64,000 nucleotides of DNA, taken from positions 224,001-288,000 of the forward strand of contig CAWGHO010000002.1 of the NCBI GenBank assembly GCA_963822445.1, in the 5' to 3' direction. This DNA is from an uncultured Acidobacteriota bacterium (lineage in GTDB: Bacteria > Acidobacteriota > Thermoanaerobaculia > Gp7-AA8). The notes below the pieces were generated by a model, which did no database searches, was not told the origin of the DNA, and was given only the letters and a program-made list of their open reading frames with translations. The position numbers and the translations under genes were made by a program. This document shows positions 24,788 to 36,837 of this stretch, one piece after another (position 1 is the stretch's first letter; every line of letters starts with the position of its first letter).

Positions 24788-25702
24788 GTGCAACAACACG
24801 ACGCTCCCTACGACGCGGTCATCATCGGCGGAGGCCCCGCCGGCCTCACCTGCGCGATCTTCCTCGGCCGCTATCGCCGTCGCGTCCTGGTCATCGACGC
24901 CGGCCGTCCCCGCAACTACGCCACGGAAGCGATTCACGGTTTCCTCGGCCATCACTCGATCAAGCCAGCGGAGCTACTCACGCGCGGTCGCGCCGAAGCG
25001 GAAGTGTCGGGCGTCGAGTTCCGCGACGCCGGCGTGACGAAGATCGAGCGCGTCGGCGATGTCTTCGAAGTCTCCGCCGGAGAAACGGTTCGCGCGCGGC
25101 GGATCGTCCTCGCGTACGGGGTGCGGGACACACTGCCGGACATCCCCGAGATCGAGAGCTACTACGGCAAGACCGTCCATCACTGCCCCGACTGCGACGG
25201 ATACGAGTCCCGCGATCAGCGCATCGGCGTGATCGGCTGGGGCAAAGCAGCGGTCGGACTCGCATTGAAAATGCTGCAGTGGACCGACGACGTCGTCGTG
25301 TTCACGCACGGACACGATCGCGAATGGGATGACGAAGAGCACAGCAAGCTGCTCGCGGAAACGATCGACGTGAAGGACGAGAAGGTCGTTGCGCTCGAAG
25401 GTAAGGACGGGAAGGTGTCCGCCGCCGTCCTCGCCACCGGCGAGCGCGTTCCGGTCGAGCGCCTCTTCTTCAACATCAACGTCGAGCGTTCCTGCACGTT
25501 TGCCGAGGAGCTGGGGTGCGAGGTCGATCCCGAGACGCCCAACGTGAAGGTGAACGAGCACCGCGAGACGACGGTCGAGGGTGTGTGGGCGATCGGCGAT
25601 CTGACCGAAGGCGCTCAACTCGCGATCACGGCCGCGGCCGATGGTGCGGTGGCGGCGATCGCGATCAACAAGTCGCTGCTGCCGCCGTCACGGCAAGTGT
25701 GA
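24788..25702 (+). CDS. Thioredoxin-reductase-like NAD(P)/FAD oxidoreductase
   Basis: IIGGGPAG, HCPDCDG, TTVEGVWAIGD. Confidence 0.9.
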   Translation: MQQHDAPYDAVIIGGGPAGLTCAIFLGRYRRRVLVIDAGRPRNYATEAIHGFLGHHSIKPAELLTRGRAEAEVSGVEFRDAGVTKIERVGDVFEVSAGETVRARRIVLAYGVRDTLPDIPEIESYYGKTVHHCPDCDGYESRDQRIGVIGWGKAAVGLALKMLQWTDDVVVFTHGHDREWDDEEHSKLLAETIDVKDEKVVALEGKDGKVSAAVLATGERVPVERLFFNINVERSCTFAEELGCEVDPETPNVKVNEHRETTVEGVWAIGDLTEGAQLAITAAADGAVAAIAINKSLLPPSRQV

Positions 25703-26236
25703 CCCGACGGTATACACGGCAAAGACTCGATACGGACCCGGCTCCGAGTGCTCGAAGCGGCCCGACTCGAGCAACTCGATCGCTTCCTGTTCCGAAGCGA
25801 GCAGGCAATGCTCGTTCACGCGAATCTCAGACGCCAGGGAGTTGCATGACAGCGGCGAGCACTCCGCCGTGGTGCCCGTGTAGAAGGTAACCACGTCGAA
25901 CCCTTGCAGGTGCTTCTTCGGAGGCTCGACGACGGACGTCGGAAAAGCGGAGTCCGGTGCAATCGCCTCCCACGTCCTCGAGTCGGTGAGTTGCTTCTCC
26001 GACACTTCGTAATAAAACAGCGTCGTTCCGTCGAGATCGATCGAATGCTCGATCGCCAGTTGCTTGATGACCTCCGGCGAATCGAAAAACCAATAGCCGT
26101 TGTGCTTCCAGTAGTCGATGAACTCCGCGAAGTTCGGCGACATGCAGGCACCGACCGAGTAGATATCGGCGACATCGGCAACGAGCCATTCCGGCCGCGC
26201 CGCGACACGCTTCGCCATGTAACCGACTGGAATCAT
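25688..26236 (-). CDS. Hypothetical protein
   Basis: 182-aa ORF with globular composition; no family recognised. Confidence 0.7.
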   Translation of the reverse strand: MIPVGYMAKRVAARPEWLVADVADIYSVGACMSPNFAEFIDYWKHNGYWFFDSPEVIKQLAIEHSIDLDGTTLFYYEVSEKQLTDSRTWEAIAPDSAFPTSVVEPPKKHLQGFDVVTFYTGTTAECSPLSCNSLASEIRVNEHCLLASEQEAIELLESGRFEHSEPGPYRVFAVYTVGSHLP

Positions 26237-26255
26237 GAACCAGGACCTCGGCCGG

Positions 26256-26765
26256 CTACGTCACGATCCACAACGCCTGCTGCCGCGCGGACGCTTGCTT
26301 CGCCGACAACATCAACTGGATGTAGGTCTGCACGTCGAGGTCGGCGTTGGGATCGTCCTGCTCGAGGTAGTGCGCGTTGAGCTGCATCAGCTCCACGTCG
26401 TCGATCGGCAGCGACGCCGCGGTCGCGAACCGCCGCAGTTCGTCGATGAGCTGTTCCAGGCTTCCCACCTGCAGCGGGTCGGCGGCGTTCGCGATCGCAA
26501 TGTGCTCGACGTGCGGAACGGCCGCGGGGATGTACACGGCCTGGTACGCGTCCACGGTGGTCAACTGCGGCGCGACGTCGAGTGTGCGCAACACGCGCTG
26601 CTGCAGCAGACGCCAGCCGCTCGCATCGAGCGGATCGGACTCGTAGCGCTCGTCCGCGTCCGCGGACACTTCCGGGAAACGCGCGCGCAGTTCCTCATCG
26701 ACGGCCTGCGCCAGGCCCTGCGGAAACACGTCCGCCGCCGATCCAACGATGAATGTGAGTGACAC
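26256..26765 (-). CDS. Hypothetical protein
   Basis: 169-aa ORF co-oriented with its neighbours, host-like codons. Confidence 0.7.
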   Translation of the reverse strand: MSLTFIVGSAADVFPQGLAQAVDEELRARFPEVSADADERYESDPLDASGWRLLQQRVLRTLDVAPQLTTVDAYQAVYIPAAVPHVEHIAIANAADPLQVGSLEQLIDELRRFATAASLPIDDVELMQLNAHYLEQDDPNADLDVQTYIQLMLSAKQASARQQALWIVT

Positions 26766-26778
26766 CCGGGCGGAGATT

Positions 26779-28191
26779 CTAGCGCGTGTACATGTCGATT
26801 ACCCGCTGAATGGCCCGATTGCACACGTCGCAGAACCCGACCTCGTCCCGCGTGAACATGATGCAGTCGACCTCCGGCCGGTACAGACCCGTGTACTCGT
26901 AGCTCGCCCCCTCGAACGCGCCGACATGGCCGAAGTACTTCTGCGAGGCCAGAAACTTCGTCGACCACTCCAGCTCTTTGTGGAAGAACGCGTCCATCTG
27001 CGATTCAGGGACGTTCGCCGCCCGCAGCTTCGCGCGCTCCTTCTGGTACTCGCGCGCGTGCTCGTCGTAGGTCTTCTTGTCCCACGGCGTCGGCAGCGGC
27101 GTGCCGGGTGTGACCATCTCCATCCACTTCGGACGCTCGCCGTTGGCGGTGATGTTCGGCTCCCACGGCTCGGGATGATGGGCGGCGCCGGTCTCGTATG
27201 CGACGGGCGAGGTGTAGTACTCATCGCCGAGGCCGGCGAAGTGGTGGCCGAATTCATGGACGAAGACGTATTCGGCGAATCCCGTGTCGACGGCGGTCGT
27301 GGCCTGGTCGCCGTAGATCCCGCCGCCGCCGTACTGCGCTTCGTTCACGAGGATCTCGATGAAGTCGTAGGGCGCTGAGGCCGCGGCGTTGCGCAGCGCG
27401 CGGTTGTCGAGCGTGAGGATGTACCGCTCGGAATCGAAGATGTTGTACTGCACGCCGGTGACGGTGCGGCGGTTGTCGCCGGTGCGCGGACGATGCACGC
27501 CGCTCTTTCCCACCGCCGGCAACTCGAGGACGCGCACGTTGAAATCCGACTTGCGCGATTTGAACGGCTCGGTCGCGAACAGCTTTCCGGCCAATCGCTC
27601 CACATCCTTCTTCAGCTTCGGCATCTGCACCGGCGAATACCCCTCGGCGATGAGCAGCAGATCCACCTTCTGCGATGCCGGACCGCTTTCGAGATACGAC
27701 CAGACCTTGCCGGCCGGCGCGGCGTCGGCGGGATTCACGAAGCGCGAGGCCGGATCGATGATCGTCGACCACACCTGCTGGAAGGCCTGATTCGTGTCGC
27801 GCTTCTTGAGCACTACCTGCACGGGCTTCTTCGGCCAGGGGAAGCGCAGCGATTCGTGGAACGTCGCGGCGCGCTCTTTCGCTTCGCCCGTGGTCTCGAA
27901 CTCCCCGTACACCGACGCGAAGCCGCGCGAGTAGATGACCTGGTTCGTGTCGCGATCGACGACTTCGAAGTAGTACTTGCCGAGGTTCGAGGTGTCGATG
28001 AGACGGGTGCGGCTGCCGGGCCAGGGGCCGTCGGAGACCACGCTGTCGAGAGCCACGATCTCATCGCCCTTCGGCGTGGAGGTGTGGAAGTAGTCGACGC
28101 GCATGGTCTTGTCGAGGAACTGCTCGTCGAAAGGTGCGGCCGTCGCGGCCAGGGCCAGAAACGTTAGGAGAAGCGTGACGAAAGTGCGCAT
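26779..28191 (-). CDS. M64 family (IgA peptidase-like) metallopeptidase
   Basis: MRVDYFH, AEGYS, YGGGG, VHEFGHHFAGLGDEY, EPWEPN, C-terminal CIM..FCDVC. Confidence 0.9.
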   Translation of the reverse strand: MRTFVTLLLTFLALAATAAPFDEQFLDKTMRVDYFHTSTPKGDEIVALDSVVSDGPWPGSRTRLIDTSNLGKYYFEVVDRDTNQVIYSRGFASVYGEFETTGEAKERAATFHESLRFPWPKKPVQVVLKKRDTNQAFQQVWSTIIDPASRFVNPADAAPAGKVWSYLESGPASQKVDLLLIAEGYSPVQMPKLKKDVERLAGKLFATEPFKSRKSDFNVRVLELPAVGKSGVHRPRTGDNRRTVTGVQYNIFDSERYILTLDNRALRNAAASAPYDFIEILVNEAQYGGGGIYGDQATTAVDTGFAEYVFVHEFGHHFAGLGDEYYTSPVAYETGAAHHPEPWEPNITANGERPKWMEMVTPGTPLPTPWDKKTYDEHAREYQKERAKLRAANVPESQMDAFFHKELEWSTKFLASQKYFGHVGAFEGASYEYTGLYRPEVDCIMFTRDEVGFCDVCNRAIQRVIDMYTR

Positions 28192-28217
28192 GGAGGCGGA
28201 TGTTATCGTGCCTCGAT

Positions 28218-29243
28218 ATGCGTCGTCTCGTGGCGCTGTTCCTCGTCCTCGCGGTTCCGATCTCCGCGCAACTCCGCGAGACGATGACCGTCGCCCGCAT
28301 CCTTCTGGACGTGCGGGTCACCGACATCGACGGCGAAGCGATGATCGGCCTCGAGGCGCAGGACTTCGAAGTGCGCATCGACGGGCAGAAGGCGGAGGTG
28401 CTTTCCGCGACGTGGATCGACGACACAGTCGCCTACTCCGCGGAACCACCGGACAACCCGGCAACCGGACAACCCGAGAACCGCCTCACGACGATCGCCC
28501 CCGCCGGCCGCCTCTTCATCTTCTTCATCCAGACCGATTTCAGCCGCGAGACCGAGCGCGTTCGCGGGCAGATGCACTTCCTGCTGTACGCGGAGAAGAC
28601 GCTGGAGATGCTCGAGCCCGAGGACCGCGTGGCGGTGTTCTCGTTCGACTCGCATCTCAAGTTCCGCCTCGACTTCACCAGCGACAAGGAAAAGATCCTC
28701 GCGGCGATGAAGGAGTCGCTCTTCGTGAACATCCCCGGACCGCTGCCGGTCGTGCACTCGCCGTCGCTCGCATCGCGGCTCGATCGCGACGAGATGAAGC
28801 GCGCCGCGGATTCGGAGACGGCGCTGCTGCTGATCGGCAACGCTTTGCGGCCGATACCGGGCCCGAAGTCGCTGCTGCTCATGGGCTGGGGCCTCGGCGA
28901 ACTGACGGCCAGCGGCGTGCGCATGAAGCCGCGCTACAAGTTCGCGCGCAACGCACTCGAGGCCGCGCGGGTCACGATCTTTGCCCTCGACACGACCAAC
29001 GCGGACTATCACAGCCTCGAGGTAGGACTCGGAAAAGCGGCGGAAGACACGGGCGGCTTCTACGCGAAGACACATCTCTTCGCCGATCAGGCCATCACCC
29101 GATTGCGGCGAACGCTCGCGGGTCACTACGAGCTCGAATTGCGGCGACCCGATTCGCTGAAGACGGGAACGCATCGCGTGGAGGTGCGGGTGAAGATTCG
29201 CGGCGCGCACGTGCTTGCACCGGCCACCTGGATGGATCGTTGA
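28218..29243 (+). CDS. VWA-domain (VWFA-related) secreted protein
   Basis: Signal peptide; LDVRVTD...GLEAQDFEV.IDG; DRVAVFSFD; PGPKSLLL; AEDTGG; YELEL. Confidence 0.8.
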   Translation: MRRLVALFLVLAVPISAQLRETMTVARILLDVRVTDIDGEAMIGLEAQDFEVRIDGQKAEVLSATWIDDTVAYSAEPPDNPATGQPENRLTTIAPAGRLFIFFIQTDFSRETERVRGQMHFLLYAEKTLEMLEPEDRVAVFSFDSHLKFRLDFTSDKEKILAAMKESLFVNIPGPLPVVHSPSLASRLDRDEMKRAADSETALLLIGNALRPIPGPKSLLLMGWGLGELTASGVRMKPRYKFARNALEAARVTIFALDTTNADYHSLEVGLGKAAEDTGGFYAKTHLFADQAITRLRRTLAGHYELELRRPDSLKTGTHRVEVRVKIRGAHVLAPATWMDR

Positions 29244-29271
29244 TTGCACAACTTTCGGTCAGGAGGTCGTG

Positions 29272-29538
29272 ATGGCAAGCAGATACGGGAAGAAGGCCGG
29301 GGAAAAAGTCGAGAAGGCGATGCACGAGCGCAAACGCGGCACGTTGAAGAGCGGGTCGGGTAAGAAGGTGACCTCGAAGAAGCAAGCCATCGCCATCGGT
29401 CTGTCGGAAGCGCGCGAAGCGGGCGGCAAGGTTCCGTCGAAGAAGTCCTCGTCGAAGAAATCGTCCGCGAAAAAGTCGTCTTCGAAGAAGTCTTCCTCGA
29501 AGAAGAGCAGCTCGCGCAAGTCGTCGAAGAAGAAGTAG
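29272..29538 (+). CDS. DUF6496-like small basic protein with KKSSS-repeat tail
   Basis: KVEKAMHERKRGTLKSGSGKKVTSKKQAIAIGLSEAR; AGGAGG RBS. Confidence 0.85.
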   Translation: MASRYGKKAGEKVEKAMHERKRGTLKSGSGKKVTSKKQAIAIGLSEAREAGGKVPSKKSSSKKSSAKKSSSKKSSSKKSSSRKSSKKK

Positions 29539-29542
29539 CGGG

Positions 29543-30490
29543 CTACTCCAGATCGATGCCCCGCCCATGCTCGACGGCGAGCACCGGCGGGTTGCCCTTC
29601 TCCGCCAGGGCCGCGCGCAGATCGTTCACCGGCTCGGCTTCTCCGTCATCGCCGAGCCGGAACGTTCCGTAGTGCATGGCGATGCTCGTACGCGCCCGCA
29701 CCGAGAAATGCGCGTCCACCGCTTCGGCCGGCGAGATGTGCGCGGACTTCATGAACCACCGCGGGAGATACGCGCCGATGGGCAGCAGGGCCACGCGAAT
29801 CTCGCCGAAGCGCTCGCCGATCTCCGCGAAGTGCTTGCCCCATCCCGTGTCCCCCGCGAAATACACGTGACCCGATGGACCGCTGATCACGAATCCACCC
29901 CACAGCGTTGCGTTGCGATCGTGAAGTCCTCGCGCGCAGAAGTGCTGCGCCGGAACCTGCGTGACTTTCACCCGATCGGTGATCGCGGCTTCCTGCCACC
30001 AGTCGAGATCGCGCGCGTTGTCGATCCCGTGACGCGCCATGATCGAGGAGTTGCCGAGCGGTGTGAGGATCCGCGGCGCGCGCAACCGCTTCAGCGTCGG
30101 GAGATCGAGATGGTCGTAGTGGTTGTGGCTGACCAGGACCGCGTCGATGGGCGACAGCTCTTCGAACCGGATCCCCGGCACCCGATGGCGTTTCGGTCCG
30201 GCGAAGGAGACCGGCGAACAGCGCTCGCTCCAGATCGGATCGGTGAGCAGATTCACGCCGTCCATCTGCACGAGCATCGTGGCGTGGTTCACCCAGGTCA
30301 CGCGAACGCGCCCGTCGTCGACCCTGGTCAGCGGCGCCGGCCCCGGCTCGGCGTCGATCCATTTCGGCCACGGCCCAGGCTTCTTGGTCATCTGCCACTT
30401 GAGGAACGACCCCTCGGTCTGCCAGCCGGACTGGTGGTTGTGAAACCGCCTGCCGTCGAAGTGATCCGAGACCGGGCCGCGATAGGGCAT
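29543..30490 (-). CDS. MBL-fold metallo-hydrolase (NAPE-PLD/RomA-like)
   Basis: SHNHYDHLD, PAQHF, FAGDTG, LPIGAY, MHYGTF. Confidence 0.92.
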   Translation of the reverse strand: MPYRGPVSDHFDGRRFHNHQSGWQTEGSFLKWQMTKKPGPWPKWIDAEPGPAPLTRVDDGRVRVTWVNHATMLVQMDGVNLLTDPIWSERCSPVSFAGPKRHRVPGIRFEELSPIDAVLVSHNHYDHLDLPTLKRLRAPRILTPLGNSSIMARHGIDNARDLDWWQEAAITDRVKVTQVPAQHFCARGLHDRNATLWGGFVISGPSGHVYFAGDTGWGKHFAEIGERFGEIRVALLPIGAYLPRWFMKSAHISPAEAVDAHFSVRARTSIAMHYGTFRLGDDGEAEPVNDLRAALAEKGNPPVLAVEHGRGIDLE

Positions 30491-30508
30491 GGGCCGCCGA
30501 TTCTGCCA

Positions 30509-30537
30509 TTGACGCCCGCACCCCGCTTCGCTATGTT
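30509..30537 (+). promoter_or_regulatory. Putative sigma70 promoter of tRNA-Val(CAC)
   Basis: TTGACG-17 bp-TATGTT. Confidence 0.65.
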
Positions 30538-30595
30538 GACCGCCCCTCGGCGGAAATAGAGGCCGAGGACGGCTCGTTGACAGAAGTTCTGATGT

Positions 30596-30671
30596 AGCCG
30601 CTTAGCTCAGTTGGTAGAGCATCACCTTCACACGGTGGGGGTCAACGGTTCGAGTCCGTTAGCGGCTACCA
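30596..30671 (+). tRNA. tRNA-Val (anticodon CAC)
   Basis: Acceptor AGCCGCT/AGCGGCT, D-arm GCTC..GAGC, anticodon loop TTCACAC, TTCGAGT T-loop, CCA end. Confidence 0.97.
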
Positions 30672-30685
30672 AAACGAACATCCCT

Positions 30686-30717
30686 GAACGCCGCCCGCGA
30701 GGGCGGCGTTCGTTTTT
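30686..30717 (+). terminator. Rho-independent terminator after tRNA-Val(CAC)
   Basis: GAACGCCGCCC-GCGA-GGGCGGCGTTC followed by GTTTTT. Confidence 0.8.
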
Positions 30718-30827
30718 CCGAGCATCCTTTTCGTAAAGATGTCGCGGTCCATCCAACCCACATCAACGAATCCGCTACGCGATGTGGAGCGGCACGGTTC
30801 TGATATCTTGACAGCAGGGGGCTACGC

Positions 30828-31976
30828 GTGGCGCCGCGGATCGAAGCGATCATTAATTCCGAGCTTCTGGTGTGGGCGAGGGACTCAGCGAGTCTTTCGG
30901 TGGAGGCCGCCGCCAAGAAGGCGCACGTGAAGCCCGAGTTGCTTGCGGAGTGGGAGAGCGGCGCGGCGCGGCCGACGATCAGTCAACTTCGACTCCTTGC
31001 AGAGGCCTACAAGCGACCGCTCGCCGTTTTCTACCTTCCGAAGCCTCCAAAGTCGTTTGATGCACTGCGCGATTTCCGGAGAATGAGCGGGACCACAGCG
31101 AAAGGTTCACCGGCGCTGGCGTACGAAATTCGGCGAGCGCATGAGCGTCGGGAAATCGCCCTCGACCTCTTCGACGAGTTGGGCGAAAGCGCTTCGGCTG
31201 CCAAACTTGCTGCTCGAATAACTGATGCGCCGGAGAAGGTCGCCACCGAGCTTCGCGCGATGCTAGAAGTAACGCTCGAGCGGCAGAGGCAATGGAACAG
31301 CGAATACACCGCATTCGGGTACTGGCGCGATGCGATCGAGGACAGCGGAATCCTGGTATTTCAAACGTCGGGAGTTCTCGTGAGCGAGGCGCGGGGGTTC
31401 TCCATCTCGGTCCAACCACTGCCCGTCATCGCGATGAACGGCAAGGATTCGTATGCTGGACGCATCTTCACGATGATGCACGAGCTGGCGCATCTTGCTC
31501 TACGCCAAGGCGGCATCTGCGATCTCGACGAGCATGGGTTGGAAGTCTTCTGCAACGCCGTTGCGGGGGCGTTGCTCGTTCCCGGCGAGGCACTCCTTGC
31601 TGATTCAGAGATCAGAAACGCGCAAAGACCCAGTACCTGGTCAGAAGAGACAATCCAGCGGTTGTCAAAACAGTTTCGTGTCAGCCGGGAGGTCATCGTT
31701 CGGCGTCTTCTCACGATTGGAAAGACGACGTCATCGTTCTACGAGCTGAAGAGACGCGAATATGCCGCAGAGCTCGCGAGACGACCACCAACCAAGGGAG
31801 GACCACCACCACCCGCACTAGCGGTAGCACGCGCAGGTAAGTTGTTTACGGGTGTCGTCGTGCGCTCTTACAGTGAAGGTCGCATCACCTCGGCCGACGC
31901 GTCCGATTTCCTCAGCCTGAAACTGCGACACCTGCCTGAAGTGATGAAGGCGCTCCGGGTAGGACTCACTGCTTGA
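30828..31976 (+). CDS. Xre-HTH + ImmA/IrrE (COG2856-type) Zn metallopeptidase, putative antitoxin
   Basis: LVWARDSASLS...WESGAARPTISQL HTH; RIFTMMHELAHL HExxH; EVFCNAVAGALLVP; FRVSREVIVRRL. Confidence 0.9.
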   Translation: MAPRIEAIINSELLVWARDSASLSVEAAAKKAHVKPELLAEWESGAARPTISQLRLLAEAYKRPLAVFYLPKPPKSFDALRDFRRMSGTTAKGSPALAYEIRRAHERREIALDLFDELGESASAAKLAARITDAPEKVATELRAMLEVTLERQRQWNSEYTAFGYWRDAIEDSGILVFQTSGVLVSEARGFSISVQPLPVIAMNGKDSYAGRIFTMMHELAHLALRQGGICDLDEHGLEVFCNAVAGALLVPGEALLADSEIRNAQRPSTWSEETIQRLSKQFRVSREVIVRRLLTIGKTTSSFYELKRREYAAELARRPPTKGGPPPPALAVARAGKLFTGVVVRSYSEGRITSADASDFLSLKLRHLPEVMKALRVGLTA

Positions 31977-32437
31977 AGTACAGCTTGGATACCAGCGGTA
32001 TACTCGACGGCTGGCGGCACTATCCGCCGGATATCTTTCCGCCGGTGTGGCAGCGGTTCGACGAATTGATCACCTCCGGTACCGCCCGAGCAAGCGACGA
32101 AGTATTGAGGGAGTTGAAAAAGAAAGAAGGCGACGAGACGTACGCGTGGTGCGCCGCTCGACCTGCATTGTTTCTGCCGCTCGACGGGAAGATCCAAAAA
32201 GCGGTGGCCGAGATCCTTGCGGCACATCCCAAACTGGTTGAGTCAGGCGGGAAGCGGAGCGCCGCCGACCCATTCGTCATCGCGGTCGCCCGGGTGCACA
32301 AGTGCGCTGTCGTGACTGGCGAAAGTGCATCGGGCAAGATCAACAAACCTCGCATTCCAGACGTATGTGAGGCGCTCGGCATCGAAGTTCTGTCACTCCT
32401 CGGCGTCTTCCGGCGCGAAGGTTGGACGTTCGCGTAA
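31973..32437 (+). CDS. PIN-domain protein (DUF4411-like), putative toxin
   Basis: YSLDTSGIL, EVLREL, ADPFVIAVA, VVTGE, RIPDVCEALGI; 4-nt overlap with the upstream gene. Confidence 0.85.
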   Translation: MKYSLDTSGILDGWRHYPPDIFPPVWQRFDELITSGTARASDEVLRELKKKEGDETYAWCAARPALFLPLDGKIQKAVAEILAAHPKLVESGGKRSAADPFVIAVARVHKCAVVTGESASGKINKPRIPDVCEALGIEVLSLLGVFRREGWTFA

Positions 32438-32481
32438 AAGTCGAGGAGGAGTAGACGACCCGACCGCGCGCTTACTGGTTT

Positions 32482-32565
32482 CTTCACACGGTGGGGTCAA
32501 CGGTTCGAGTCCGTTAGCGGCTACCAAAACGAACATCCCTGAACGCCGCCCGCGAGGGCGGCGTT
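32482..32565 (+). repeat. attR-like duplicated 3' half of tRNA-Val(CAC) plus terminator
   Basis: Begins at the anticodon loop; lacks the tRNA 5' half. Confidence 0.92.
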
Positions 32566-32577
32566 TGTGTTTTCGAT

Positions 32578-35573
<2,996 letters not shown>

Positions 35574-35577
<4 letters not shown>

Positions 35578-36149
35578 GCGCTGCCGCCCAGTCTGTGGAG
35601 GAGCCAGGCCCGCGCGAAGGCCCAGTCACGCTTCGCTGTCCGCGGCGAGCAGCCGAGGAGCGCGGCGACTTCGTCGATGTTCAGGCCGCCGAAGAAACGG
35701 AGCTCGATGACGCGCGAAAGCCGCGGCTCCTCGACGGCGAGCAGGTCCAGCGCGCGGTCGAGATCGATGAGCTCCGCGGAATCCATCGTCGACGTTGCTC
35801 CCTCATGCAGCACATCGACGATCTGCAGCCTGGGCGAGCCGGCACCGCGCTTCTGCGCGAGGTTCGCCCGGGCGTGATCGACGAGGATGCGACGCATGAT
35901 CCTTGACGCAATAGCGAAAAAATGGGCCCGATCGTGCCATGGCACGTCGCCGAGGCCGCGCAGGCGGAGGTAAACCTCGTTGGCGAGCGCGGTCGGCTGC
36001 AGGGTGTGGCCGGGCGGCTCGGACCGGAGATGCTTCGCCGCGATCGCGCGAAGCTCGGTGTAGACCATCGGCAGGAGCCGTTCGAGCGCACCGTCGTCGC
36101 CCTGCTCCCAGGCGCGGAGAACCTCGGTGATGGGAAGCTCCGGAACCAT
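35574..36149 (-). CDS. ECF sigma factor of the kinase-associated type (TIGR02999/ECF43-like)
   Basis: VYTELRAIA, HTLQPTALANEVYLRL, RAHFFAIASRIMRRILVDHAR, ELRFFGGL, RDWAFARAWL; overlaps the kinase start. Confidence 0.92.
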
Positions 36150-36201
36150 CCGGACCTATTTGACGCGATTCCGGATCTAATGCCAATCGGCTTGTTCGGT
36201 G

Positions 36202-36750
36202 CTACTCCGTCGTCGGAATCCCCATCTCGAACTTGAAGTAGTTCCCGCGGTCGTATTTCTTCTTGGTCGTCACCAGTTCGCTGTATTTGTCGCGGTAGTA
36301 CTCAGCGATGGGGATGTCCCGATCGGGAAAGTTGATGAACCCGCCTTCGGTGTAGCGGGCGTTGCGCATCCGATCGCGGAAGGCCGCAACGAACTGCATG
36401 CATGCCGCGCTCACCGTCTCATCCTGAGGCCTGATCCACCACGCCTGGTACTGCAGCAGGAACGGCTTGTCGCGCCACGCGAAGGAGCTCAGCGCATTGC
36501 GGTTCGCCTCGATCTGACCGCCCATGCAACGCGCACATCGCCGCAGCCTCCGTCGCCGAACAACTGCCGCGGCTTCGCGTTCCACAACTCGCTGTAGACC
36601 TTCGAGTTTTTCGCACCCGCGCCGACCCTCGCGATCCGGGTCGCCGCATCGACCTTCACGTGATCGATGTTCGACAGATCGATGACGCATACGCCCGTAC
36701 CGGAGCACATCCCCTCGTGATGATGCCCGCCCGACCGGAGTTCCTTTAGG
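36202..36750 (-). pseudogene. Remnant of an FAD-linked oxidase (FAD_binding_4 + BBE), truncated and internally deleted
   Basis: RSGGHHHEGM...VIDLS...ARVGAGA in one frame is joined out of frame to SSFAWRD...GGFINFPD...YY...KKKYD.GNYF. Confidence 0.78.
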
Positions 36751-36837
36751 TTGACGTTTCCCTATGTCGGGCATTCCGCGAGGGTGGCGGGCACCGCGAC
36801 GGGACGACCGCCGCCCACGACTCGTCCGATGGGACGG

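Larger units (their letters stand above)
30626..32565. mobile_element. Integrase-less genomic islet inserted in tRNA-Val(CAC), bounded by attL/attR-like direct repeats
   Basis: 30626-30710 is repeated at 32482-32565 (one G fewer); interior visibly more AT-rich. Confidence 0.88.

Noticed and set aside
30711-32481. Prophage or IS element at the tRNA islet
   Set aside because: No integrase, transposase or phage structural genes anywhere in the window
32482-32526. Apparent third tRNA-Val gene
   Set aside because: Only the anticodon loop to CCA is present, with no 5' acceptor strand or D-arm; it is the att duplication
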